Positions 1 through 11,422 of a DNA stretch of 64,000 nucleotides are shown piece after piece. The DNA comes from Balanoglossus misakiensis. Taxonomy: Eukaryota > Animalia > Hemichordata. Both the position numbers and the translations under genes were made by a program. Under the pieces are notes generated by a model, which saw only the letters and a program-made list of their open reading frames with translations, was not told where the DNA came from and did no database searches. Positions within the stretch are counted from its first letter, which is position 1; the number at the start of each line of letters is the position of its first letter. The stretch covers positions 5,198,783 to 5,262,782 of the forward strand of contig CM082580.2 of assembly GCA_040954595.2 (NCBI GenBank), written 5' to 3'.

Positions 1-60
1 GACAGGACACGTCCTTTTCTGACGAGACGTTCGTTCGCCCAAGCGCAGACGCTTCCACAT
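1..60 (-). CDS. Probable exon of an unidentified minus-strand gene that continues beyond the left edge
   Basis: Minus strand reads gttcttgttttcag|ATGTGGAAGCGT...: a good polypyrimidine/AG acceptor followed by GC-richer open sequence; too short to identify. Confidence 0.3.
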   Translation of the reverse strand, partial: MWKRLRLGERTSRQKRTCPV

Positions 61-3000
61 CTGAAAACAAGAACAACCAAATTTAGACTGACAGACATAT
101 ATTGGTTTGCACGCTCGCATGTTCTTTATCTTCGCCACCCTGGAGGTTCATGTTCAACTTCGTTTCATGACTTTTCAATGAAAAGTAATCGCTAAATGAC
201 AGTAGTTTAAGTTGTTACCCCCCCCTCCTGTTCTGTCTGTTTGCTTCGGTTCCTTCTTCTAACCACCCCTCCCATAGAATATAGGTTAAAAACACCAAGA
301 GTTTGGCCAGTCAACACCTGTATTTTGATGTTTTGGATGAACAAATGCTTTAGAGGTGGAGACAACAAGAAAGACGAGCCGACATACATGTTCTGTGATA
401 AATCATTTGCCTGTACCTTTATAGGTTTTGCAATCGGTTAACAAATGAATGATTTGTCGGAAACTTTTCATGGTAACAAAGAACGTCTCCAAAAGGGGAA
501 AGTGGTGACATTTCAAGATACACCAAACCCTATCTTTAATCTCTGCCGACAGCTTTGAAACGGCGAAAATGACAGAGGTCGCTCGAAAGATCACGTGGTA
601 AAAATTTGTATGGACGAATTGCAAAGTGGAGCAGAACATTGTATCAGTCGTATTGAACGCTGATTCGTTCGGAGATACAAATAGTTATACTGGACAGAGC
701 TTAAAGTTTTGTATGATAAAAATTATTATACTTTCATAAGGCGTATTTCTTCTGGCATTCTTCCAACAGGGTGAATTATATTCTGACATTCGCAATTAGG
801 CCCTTGTTTCGTTAATAACCCCTTCAAAGTACTTTGATTCAAAATTATGTGCACTATTTTCTCTTTACACCTACAATTATTGTATTATGAATCGCACCTA
901 TCGAATACCATTGCAATCCTCTGGTGGCGGGGGGCTAATACCAACCACCGGTTATTATAATAGGTAATACTCATTGTACATGCGTCAAGGACTTGACGGG
1001 CCGGGGAGTCTTATAGTTCGCTCTGTGTGTCATAGAAAATTGAGGTAATATGCCACGCGCGTCCATTCAAGGTATGATACGCTGAAACTATCCTGAACGA
1101 CAATCTGGACAGGTTCTCTATCTCCGAAGGATGTAAATGACCTTAGCTCCTAATTACTACCGCATCCGACAAAACTCTCACGCGGTTTTTGGAATATCGC
1201 TCCACGGGAACAGAGTCGGTCATTTGTAACACGCGAAGGTCGAATGACGCGACCCAAGTCGGCATATTTGTCATCACGACTCGCACGATAACCCTTTGGC
1301 GCGCAAAACCTTTACGATAATTGATTAACAATACGACAGGCTGTCGGGTATCCTGCGAACGGCTGTAATTCGATTCAGATTAAACTAAATGTGATCAGCT
1401 AACGAGTTGGGGATATGAGGCACGCGTACCTGGAACTTTCCAATGCCATATTTCAATCGAAGTCGCGCCGTTTTTCTTCATTGTTAAACGCCAGTCATCG
1501 ATGCAATTTATAACAAATGTAGTGGCACTCAGTCTTAAATATTATTTTCAGAAGGTCGTTCTAGTATCAGATGATCGACGATTTGTAGACCTCACCAAAC
1601 AAACAAGCTGCCCTTCGAAATAATGTACCTAACCATAGACAGATTTTGTTCTCATAGTGGTGCAAGTTTTTCTGTGAACTCTCGCAGCTCAACGCATCCC
1701 GAAACCGTTTATGGCAAAATAATGGAGAGAAAATAATCTTAATGCCCCATAATGCACTAATGGCATCTTTTAATTTTCACATCTTCGGCAATATTTGAAC
1801 TGAGCGAGCGTTGTTACATTCACCATTGAACGACCCGTGTAGTACCGGAAAAACTGAACAAATTAATTTTTGCGTTTCTTTGGGGAGTGACAGAGTGAAT
1901 TGGAGAGACGAAGAAACTAAGAAACGCGATGAGGAGTTAGTAAGATGCTAAAATTCAGAATGACCAACAAAATGGCATATTATTTTATTATCCTACACTC
2001 TACAGTCAGTAAAGTCTCGGGGACTGCCATGAAACGGGAAAAACGCATATCCCTGCAACAGTCACATGGCCGCAAAAATAGGCGTGCAAACAGATTCACC
2101 AAACGAGATGATATCTATATCTTTATTCAGGCACCGTTATGCAATATACCTAAAAGAAACCCTATAAAAACTAACTCGTTCTATCCCTTACTCGGGAGAT
2201 GCAATTTTCTAAAGTGGTTATACGTAGACGTCGATGGCATATGTAACATATGTTTTGTGTTTCAAGCTCAGGGAGACGGAAATTGAAACTTAGCAAGAAT
2301 TATTTCGTAACTGGCGATATTAATTTTAGACGGACGTCAAACCAAAAACCGCCAATTCGTGTTCGCCACGGCCACTGTTTCTGTACTTTAGATCGATGAT
2401 GGCACATGCACGGAAAATCAATTGGGTTTCCTGGGTATTGACATTCCGTTTAAGATCAGCACTTTTATCAAAACAAGGTCGGTTACATGTATAGAGTACC
2501 TATAAGATAAGAATACTTTAATCTAAGAGAAATTACGACACTTGTATATATTGATTGAAGCGGTGTCTATTCAGGTATTTAATACCCACTCCAGAATTTG
2601 CCCTGCGATCTCTAAATCTTCGCCGAGTTCTTTTTAGCTTTCTTTAAATGGCTCATCACATGCACCTTTTGAATCGTAATAAAATTACTCTCAGTTTTAT
2701 CTTCTCTGGAATGTTTTCAATTCGCAAATATACAGCTATAACTTATATATACGATATTCAAAGAGAGGGCGTCTTTTCTTTATGTGACTATATATAAATT
2801 TCTTGTACAGTCGCAAATCAATTATATTTGCGTCAGTCTGTTTTGTAGGGGTGTGTCTTTCTGTCTTAAATTGTCCCTTTTTTGAATCTCTGCTTCTGTA
2901 TGTGTTGCTCCATCTGTTTTTCAATGCTATAATTTGGGTAAAATATTCGCCCTCCTTCCGATTCACCACTAGTCGATGGGTGTGGCAATTTCCCTATTTT

Positions 3001-3559
3001 GCCTACGTGTTGGACAAAATGGCTGTCACAAGTTGTCAGATTCAAGATGATTACATTGAAAATTCAGTATACATGATACGTTTTCGATGATAGGCTATAG
3101 TTTTATGTTTTATTTGCATGATAGATGGTGTATATTCTCCATCGCCGCAAGACGTCTGGCAAGTGACAGCCTTGGGTGGAATGGCCCACGATATTCAACC
3201 ATTGTCGTGATCACAATCGTACAGTCATGTCACAGCCTGGGCGGACGATTTTATCCGACTTTTTCTCATATAGTACACTGATCCTGCGGGGATTATTTCG
3301 ATGAAAATGACCTTGGACATGCTGAATGTTTTGACACTTATTTGCAGATGGCGACCAAGATGTACGCAATTTTACGTGCACAACTACGTCACAGTTTCGT
3401 TGTCGTGATATTTCTACGGGCATAGATAAAGCTCGCATTGACGTCACACGTCCAATATCATTTGACTATAGTTCTGCAACACGGCACAAAGAAATACGTC
3501 TTCTGAAATTTACTTGCAAAGATCCCAGAAACCAACTTCAGGATCTTGCGTCAACAAAG

Positions 3560-3760
3560 ACGTCACAAGACAAGCCCCGCCCACACCAAAATCTAATCAG
3601 TTCTTGCCATCGGGAACGTGAACCTGGAGTGTGTACCAACTTTGAGTGGAATCCTTTCAGCCGTTCTTGAGATATCGTGTAGACAGGCATACGGACGCAT
3701 GGATATACACACAGAGAGACGGACAGAAATCGGTATGACTTTAGCTCACGTTTGAGTACA
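3560..3760. mobile_element. Fragment of an interspersed non-autonomous repeat (HINE/Helentron-like, with internal GGAC/ACAG microsatellite-like tract)
   Basis: Motifs ccaaaatctaatcagttc, gccgttcttgagatatcgtg and an acggacgcatgga...gacggacaga tract followed by tagctcacg resemble the conserved block + microsatellite layout of invertebrate DINE/HINE-type repeats; family assignment from recall only. Confidence 0.45.
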
Positions 3761-6221
3761 CGCATCAGTCGTGATCATGGTGATTTTTTGAAAGAAAAAA
3801 ATGACATGAGTGCGTGTTGGAGCAGGTTCAAGGCGGAAGTACCACTTATTTTGGATTGAGTGATTTGGGAAGGATGTAAATACATGTCACGTTTTTTTTC
3901 AAAAGAAAATAGTTCAGAGTAGTTTTCTAATATTATTATATTCGAAAATGCAATTGGCGGCCATTTTGAACTCCGGGCATTTTGAATTTGATTCAGTTAT
4001 GAAAGATCAGAATTAACGTTTCCTGCGTTTTTATAATTTGGAGTATCGTCTCAAAAAACAAGTACTCATTACGGCAGATTTACAAAGTGATAATGCGTCA
4101 TCACTTTTTGGGGCAACGTACAAGAAAAGGGCAACAAATTCCGATAATTGCGACCAATTTCCAGATTCCCAACGCAACCTCAACGCCATTACTGTCTTAC
4201 GTAGCACTTTGTTAAAACATGATGTCCTTTTCGATGATTATTAATTGTGCCCAATAACCTCATTATTTCAATAAATTAGCTCATTATGTCCAATCACTTC
4301 AACATGATGTCAAGCTAAAGCCATTATTATATCCGCTCGCGACATCATGAGACACCAATTTACTACATTTCCCTGTTGGACTGCTGTCTTCATTTACTTC
4401 ATCGCGATGAAATAATGATATTGAAAGGGACATCGTGTTTTGAATAATGCGTTTCATTAGACAGTATTGGCGTTAATTGTATAAGAAACGCCACTTCGCA
4501 CATCTCACAACCGCAAGAGATAGTTCTCGAACCACACATATCGAAATTTCAAGACTTATTTTTACTGAATGTCGTGAAGCGATCGTCATTCACCAACTGT
4601 CGGTGTGGGCGATATGGCTGAGACACAATGCGCACGTTAACAAGTGAACCACTGTTACAGATGTTACAGAACAACACATTTTCGACGTAACGGCACAAGA
4701 TCCAAAAAACTTTACTCTGACGTCACCAGCACTTCAGTCGAGCTGTTCTCTCCGAAAGAGATTTTTTTGACATGCAGGCCCGTTCGTCTTGAGGTCAGCT
4801 ATTGCTATGTTGTTCATATACAGAGACAAATTACCCTCGACATGTAAAGGCTTCTGTATCTATGAACAGGTACAGTTTTTGATTCATAATACACCCCCTT
4901 GTCGGTCATAAACCAGTCTTGGCGTGTTTTAGCAGACGATAGCATACACAAAGAATCCTTTTTTTGTTCAAAGATAACGAGTCGAAACAATCGCCGAGGG
5001 ACCATTTTCTCAAGATAACAGGCTTTAAACGATTCGCTGTTCTATCGCGCCACCTACCAGACCTGTAAAATATTGAAAGTTTGGAAATCTACGCCACCCC
5101 TCCTGGGCGCAACGAAACGCATTAACAGGAATTGCACGGGTCATTTGCGCCGTACATCACAGTTGTTCCGGGGCGATTGAGCGAAATCTGTCGCACGTCT
5201 CTTTCCGAACATTGTTTGTTATTTTATGGTATCTTCTCTCAGGTGCGCCGTTTTTCATTCTCGTATCAGTCCGACACCGATAAAAACGGTCCATTTCAGC
5301 AAATAAAACAGCTGCTCATTCAGCCCAAAAAGACACCGTGATATAATTGTGAGGTATTCATCACCTTAGACGCTCCTCGTGCGGACCGGTTGAGCCAGAG
5401 AAATGTCAGTCACATACATGGCGAACCTGTCGTTCGGACACAGAACAAAAAAAACACCCCAGATACAGATATATCTGCCATATCCCTCTAAAATGTCCCT
5501 CTTTATTTCAGACGACATCACAGGCGCGTATAGGTTGATAAATGCGGTCTTATGGGGAATAATGATTTGTTGTTTCTTGTTTGGTTGTTTGCGCCGACGT
5601 TCGAAGGCTCTATTTCCCGCGTTCTCGTTAATAACTGCATCAACAGATGAATATGTTGTAAGTTATCGCGAAAACGCAATCAAGAAAATTTCGAGGTTAT
5701 TTATTATAGTTACGACGTAAACATTACCTGTCAGTGGTAATTTATATGTGGGTATGTGGACGCTAACAACATGCTATGCGCAGGTGCAGATTATACACCA
5801 TCAAGCATCTATATATAACTTTCGGTTGCAATGGATTGAGACTGATGATCAGCCATTTGTTCCGCCTATGACAGTCAAATGAAAAAAAAACTACCCAATA
5901 AGCTATAACTTCGTCTTACACCGAATAAAATACGATACACATTTTCCCCGAGGAACGAGGAATAAAACACGTTTTCTAGGGGAAAAGTTACCATTCAGAA
6001 ACGTATCGCCATTTCATTTGGTACACCATTTAATATAAAAATTTCAGTACGATTGTGTGCTTTGTTGGTGTTTACTCGTTGACGGGAGCGGAAAGGGTAA
6101 TTTTAGAAATCGAAGAGTCAAGACTACTGTGAAAAAGCAATTCTACGCATTTTATGAATGGGAGGTTGACACGAACTACACCGGCAGGAACACCATTCAA
6201 GCTCATTGACGTCTTCTCTTT

Positions 6222-6223
<2 letters not shown>

Positions 6224-6256
<33 letters not shown>
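6224..6256. repeat. (CA)n microsatellite
   Basis: Directly visible uninterrupted CA run. Confidence 0.95.
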
Positions 6257-6258
<2 letters not shown>

Positions 6259-9200
6259 ACCTCCAGGGCTCGTATCGGTCACAATTTCAAATTTTAATTC
6301 CCCCATCCTGGGTGATTAAAGTCTCAGTGGCCTCCTCTTTCTTGTCGTTCAAAATTGCATCCGATTTTCTCCGACCTTCGGAAACCCACCTCCATTTTTA
6401 TGATTGCAAACATTGCCGTGGGTCAACTCTATTTAGAGTGTCGTCTCCATTAGCGCCGTATTTGTGGAGAGAAAGGTCAAAGGTGTGGTAAAACAATGAC
6501 AAGAGGCGCCCCCCTTCTCCAACCGTTTCCCGCCTAGGGAAATTGGAAACCGAGGAGTATGACGCGTTCTGTTTCTCGCCGTAAAATTTGAATTTTAAGC
6601 CACCTGTGGACATCAAATTAAATCAAGACAATAGGTTATTAGCATGTAAATGGAGTAGTCGTAAGAAAGGCAAAGATCCGAAAACTCTGACGACCGGGGC
6701 TCTAAATTCGCACGCACGTCCATTTTGTTTCTGCCGGCATATCAGCGGTATTCCGATCTGCAGTCGGTGAAACCGTGGTCGAGTATCGTCAAACAGACAC
6801 AGTACATTTTGTAAATACATCAAGTACTTGGCCAGCTTGGCGAAGTACTGGTATTTGGTCGTTATGGAATGTCCTCTAAGAATGTGGGTCAGGTAGTCGC
6901 CATCGTATAGACTTCGTCCGCCATTTGCAAAATGCCATGTCGTTGCAGCCTTTCGTAACAAACCGATTACAGCACCGCGTCGAGAATCGCAGTCATGGTG
7001 CAGTTGATGTGGGGTGGCGGTAACCTTTCAATCACAACAATTTCACGGAAGGTATAGGCAGTAAAACCACTTATCTTTCGTCAACCGACGTCAGTGACGT
7101 ACAGTTGGCTGAATCCACAGTTCAAACTTTTCTTTCGGTTGTTCATAAAACTAGTCTTTTGTGCTTGGTTGCGGAGGGAAAAACATGGAGCTAGAACAGC
7201 GCACGTCGCTTCGAATTCTCGAATATCAGCAAAAAGCTTCAGGGGAGATCGGATATCTGCAGAGACCGTGATATGAACAGCTGTAGAGACGCGTAGCGAC
7301 CGCCGCGTGCAAATGTCAGCGCGTTTACTTTTGACACCTGCGGTAACTCGATCATTCATGTGAGATTTGAATCTGAGCAAATGACGAAGACAGCGATTGA
7401 AGGCGATGCATCAAACATGAAAACAAAAAAAAAGTTTCCGCTCTTAGAGGGTCTTTCTTTTAGGATACCTGTATCATTATTAACACATCACCTGCGTTTT
7501 TTATGCCTGAATTAATAAGTGCTACAGAATGTCGTTTTTATTGATTTCCATTTCACGTGAAATAGACGAGCGCCCTGGGTCGTCGCTGGATCAATCAAAC
7601 AACTGCCAAATGCCAGTTCTCGCATTCAACGCGCGACAATGTAATGAAACCAAGACATCTTGAAATGTACTTTTCAAACTGCGATTTATTTGACATACGT
7701 AAACTTTTCTAATTCATGGTCGCCACCAAATAGTCGCTCTGTGCCCAATGATTATACCGTGTTCTTGCGCATGCGTTGAAGCCATTTACAGCACCGACAG
7801 CAGTGCGATGGCGAAGAGGAATTCGGAGTGTACATGTAGGCCTATTCTTTGAAAATTTGATGCAAAGCCCTACTGGGGTGATTAACATGATTAATTTCCC
7901 CCCACGCGCATCCGTCAACTTCATCGCCAGACGCGCCCGTCGCTGTACACCCGAATCACCATGCTATAAAGTCTATAATCATAATCGGTTACATGTACTT
8001 TTCGCGTACTGCTGCCTGGGTTTGTCGCAGGTGTCTTTGATATACGGGCCAAGATCCTAATGAAGTAAACAAATTGCCCGTCTGAATTATTGATCATGAT
8101 TTCATATCTCTCTACGGTAGTATATGCATGGAAAATCACTCTGAAGCCTTTTTCTCATATTTGGTTCAAGGATAGACCCAATACCCGCGCGGCAAGAACA
8201 CGTAGTTCTCCTGAAGTAAACGCTCCGGTGTACTTTTGGAGAAACGTTGTTGTCAACGGAGATTAGTAACCTCTTCTCTGGGTAGGGTGCCTGGGAAGAA
8301 GACACTAATTTCTTTGGGTTATTTAACCGTCTTTGAAGACTGCCCCCGCCATATAATTTGTTAGCATGAACTCAGCCAAGCAATTTCGCGGGCGTAAACA
8401 GCGCTCTGACCGCGGTTGCATCTATCACACAAGATACTCGCATCGAGCCACGCGGCATTAATTGAAAACTGACGTAAGAACATACAACTGAATTGAAAAA
8501 CCAAATTGATAGGAAGCACTGCGGGCTATCAATGTATGGCTGGATGAAATTGCATCTTTAATTACAGTGGTTTTCCATTTCTAGTTTGTTCCCATTGGGG
8601 GGGGGGGGGGGTATCCCTGCATTGGATGAGGTGCCATTGGGTTGCTTCTGGGGTGCTCTGTTCGCGGAGGAGGGGGACAAATATGCCTGCATACGATGTC
8701 TGGCCTGATTGAAGTTATTTTTATTCTCGTTTGTCTCATATTACTATCATTCACATAGTGTCATAGATACACCTTTTCGTTGCGTGGCTTCGCGTAGAGA
8801 TGTCTTCTAAGTTACAGGCGTATAATGAAATGATAACCAAGGAAAGTACATTAGCTAACAGACGATAATTTATTGTTGTTTGTGGTACTTTTCACTAGTT
8901 ACCAAGTAAACTGAAAATGTTATATCGGAATTTGCAAAAGTGTTTCAGTTCCGTATATATCATAAACATATCATAATTATCATATCATATACACATATTA
9001 GTCTGTTTCACGTGATATCTGTTTACCGTGTATATTATGTATTCATGCTCACGGGCGATTAGTTTGTGAAGTAAATCAGAACTGTGGATGTTCAAGGATG
9101 TTTTTAAGAAACTCGACAATTATTATACAAGCCTTGCAAAGAAATTATTGTTTTTATCTCGCGGGTTTCCGGAAGAAAACGTATCCCGTGTTCCAGTGTA

Positions 9201-9813
9201 TTAAAACGCTGTTATAAGCAACATGGAATTATATGAGAAGTATTGAGGCAAAACAAAATCACCAGGATGAAGAAGAGATACACAGAATACCCTGAGAGAT
9301 TGAGAAATTGGAAGGTAGTTTTCCGATATTAAATTATGTGTATTTTGTGGATGCTCGTGGTATGAGCAGGCGAAATGATAAGTTTGTCTCTAGGCTAAAC
9401 TGTTCTATTTGTTCAAACGCAACGGCCCATCCGATGTACATGTATGTACTATATACTTTGATCCGGCATACAGTGAGTCGAAGGGTATTATATGGGTTGC
9501 AAAATATTATTCGAAAGTTAAAAAAACAAAAACAAGATCCCCATAAAGCCGTTGCGGCTTTTTGGGAAATTGTCACATGAAACTATTGAGGGTCTCATGT
9601 TCTTTCACACACCAGCGCACTGCGACATGGTTATATATGCATAATTGATTACAAGATAATTGCGGAAGACATCACAACTCCCGGCTATCAGCAGAAAAAA
9701 CTAAATGATGAATGTAATAAGATACGCAACTCAGCTCTGTACTTATGACGTGTTCGCAATGATGCATAACGCGCTCAACACAACGCGCTGTACATCATAA
9801 TGTTTTACTTTTT

Positions 9814-9824
9814 GGGAAATTTCC
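9814..9824. promoter_or_regulatory. Candidate NF-kB/Rel site GGGAAATTTCC
   Basis: Contains the perfect palindrome GGAAATTTCC (9815-9824), ~380 bp upstream of the Cys-rich peptide ATG. Confidence 0.4.
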
Positions 9825-10205
9825 GAAAGTTGCAACGTCAGCATGTTTCTTACTGGACAAAAATATCAGTGGTTAGTATGGACCCGCACATGCGCAGTCT
9901 GGGGAAGATCGCGCGGCCGGAGCCGCCAGACCGAGCATTTGCGTGTTTTATTTTGTACCGCGTTGCGATCGAGAAAAAACAAGGCAGACCATGTATTTTT
10001 GGACTTTATCCTGAATTTGCATTTTTCGTAGAGCGTTGAGTGATTTTTTTAAATGTCAATTTTTCATCCCCTGCATTTGTTATCGCTCGCTTCCAATCAA
10101 ATGATAGCATTGAACGACGAAATTCGCAGCGCTTGTCGGACATTGCATTTGGTGATTAAAATTTTAAAAAAATCTCCCATTTTTTTATCTGTCGTCATTT
10201 TTCAG

Positions 10206-10463
10206 ATGAAGTTGACATCCCTTCAACTGGTTTGCGTAGTGGCCGTCACGCTGCTCTTGGTACAAGTCAGCTTCGCCGCCGCCGGCATTCCGGCCGACGA
10301 CCTTCTCGAAAACCTCGACGATGATGGCGCCCTGTTGGCGGACAAGCGAGGCTACCTGCAGTACAGGCCCAGGAATAAGCCGGACGGCTCTTGCAAGAAC
10401 ATCTGCGGCGGATGCTGCACCATAAGGTGTCTACTCCAGAGATGCAGAAAAATCAGTCCGTGA
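10206..10463 (+). CDS. 85-aa secreted prepropeptide: signal peptide, acidic propiece, KR site, 37-aa cationic six-cysteine mature peptide (defensin/toxin-like)
   Basis: ATG directly after acceptor ttttcag; MKLTSLQLVCVVAVTLLLVQVSFA hydrophobic signal; DDLLENLDDD propiece; KR; GYLQYRPRNKPDGSCKNICGGCCTIRCLLQRCRKISP; GC-rich coding-like composition against AT-rich flanks; AATAAA at ~10758. Confidence 0.85.
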   Translation: MKLTSLQLVCVVAVTLLLVQVSFAAAGIPADDLLENLDDDGALLADKRGYLQYRPRNKPDGSCKNICGGCCTIRCLLQRCRKISP

Positions 10464-11422
10464 AAATTCTCACCGTACCATCCAACCAAGAGATAGAGAG
10501 AGGGCGAAAAAGCGCCACCAGTCGACGTATATCAACGTTTTCGCCTTCACATTTTGCCATGGAGGTTTTTCCAATATTACCTCATTAACTTTTTTTTCGT
10601 TTTACATATTTATCATTTGACTTTATTCGATGATTCGCAATTCGTTATTTGTCGAGATGGAGCCCTGCGGCTTAATACTGACTGAACGAATGTTTTCTAT
10701 AAATTAACACGGTATCTCTCTCGAACCGTGTCCGTGACTATATAATGATGGACTTGTAATAAAATTTTAATTGTAAAATATAATCTCGAGCTTAAGATTC
10801 ATTGTTATTCATTAAATCGCTCTTCTATTCCCGCAAACACACTTAGTATCTCAGCAAAATAATGCATTGCAGTTGATTATTAAGTGGCAGCAATATCCAG
10901 TCATCAAAATGTAAAGACTGCGTGGAGACGTATGAATACCCCCCCCCCCCAACAGTTTTGGTGGCGCGTTGCTACGCATTGGCGCGAAGGAGACGTGCCG
11001 GGTTCCAAACAAGCGAGTGGAACTTTCAGTTCATCCATGCATATCACGGGGTTTACCATGGTTTCAAGTGTGTCTAAAACGATGTGGAGAATTCTACTGA
11101 ATTAAAAGATATCTTATCATAATATAAAAAAAGTTTATCGTGGTATAAAGGGAACACATTGGGTACTGGTCATGAATAAAAATTTCCCGAATCGGGGAAG
11201 TCGAGATTCTCCACCAGCGTATCGAATGCATGTTCGAACGGCGCGCATTCTCAGAACAGGCAGAACGCGTTGGTTTTCTGTTTGGAGTTTTAGAATTTCG
11301 GAATGTTTGGAACTTTATCAGGTAGAACGTCTTTACTCTCAGACTGCTAAACATCAGAAAAAACACCTTTCCGTTTACATTTGTCCGAAGGACCGTCTCA
11401 GCCCAGGCTACGATGAATTATC

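Noticed and set aside
6623-6961. 112-aa minus-strand ORF (LRKAATTWHFANGG...)
   Set aside because: No ATG start, no recognisable domain and no convincing splice sites; could be UTR.
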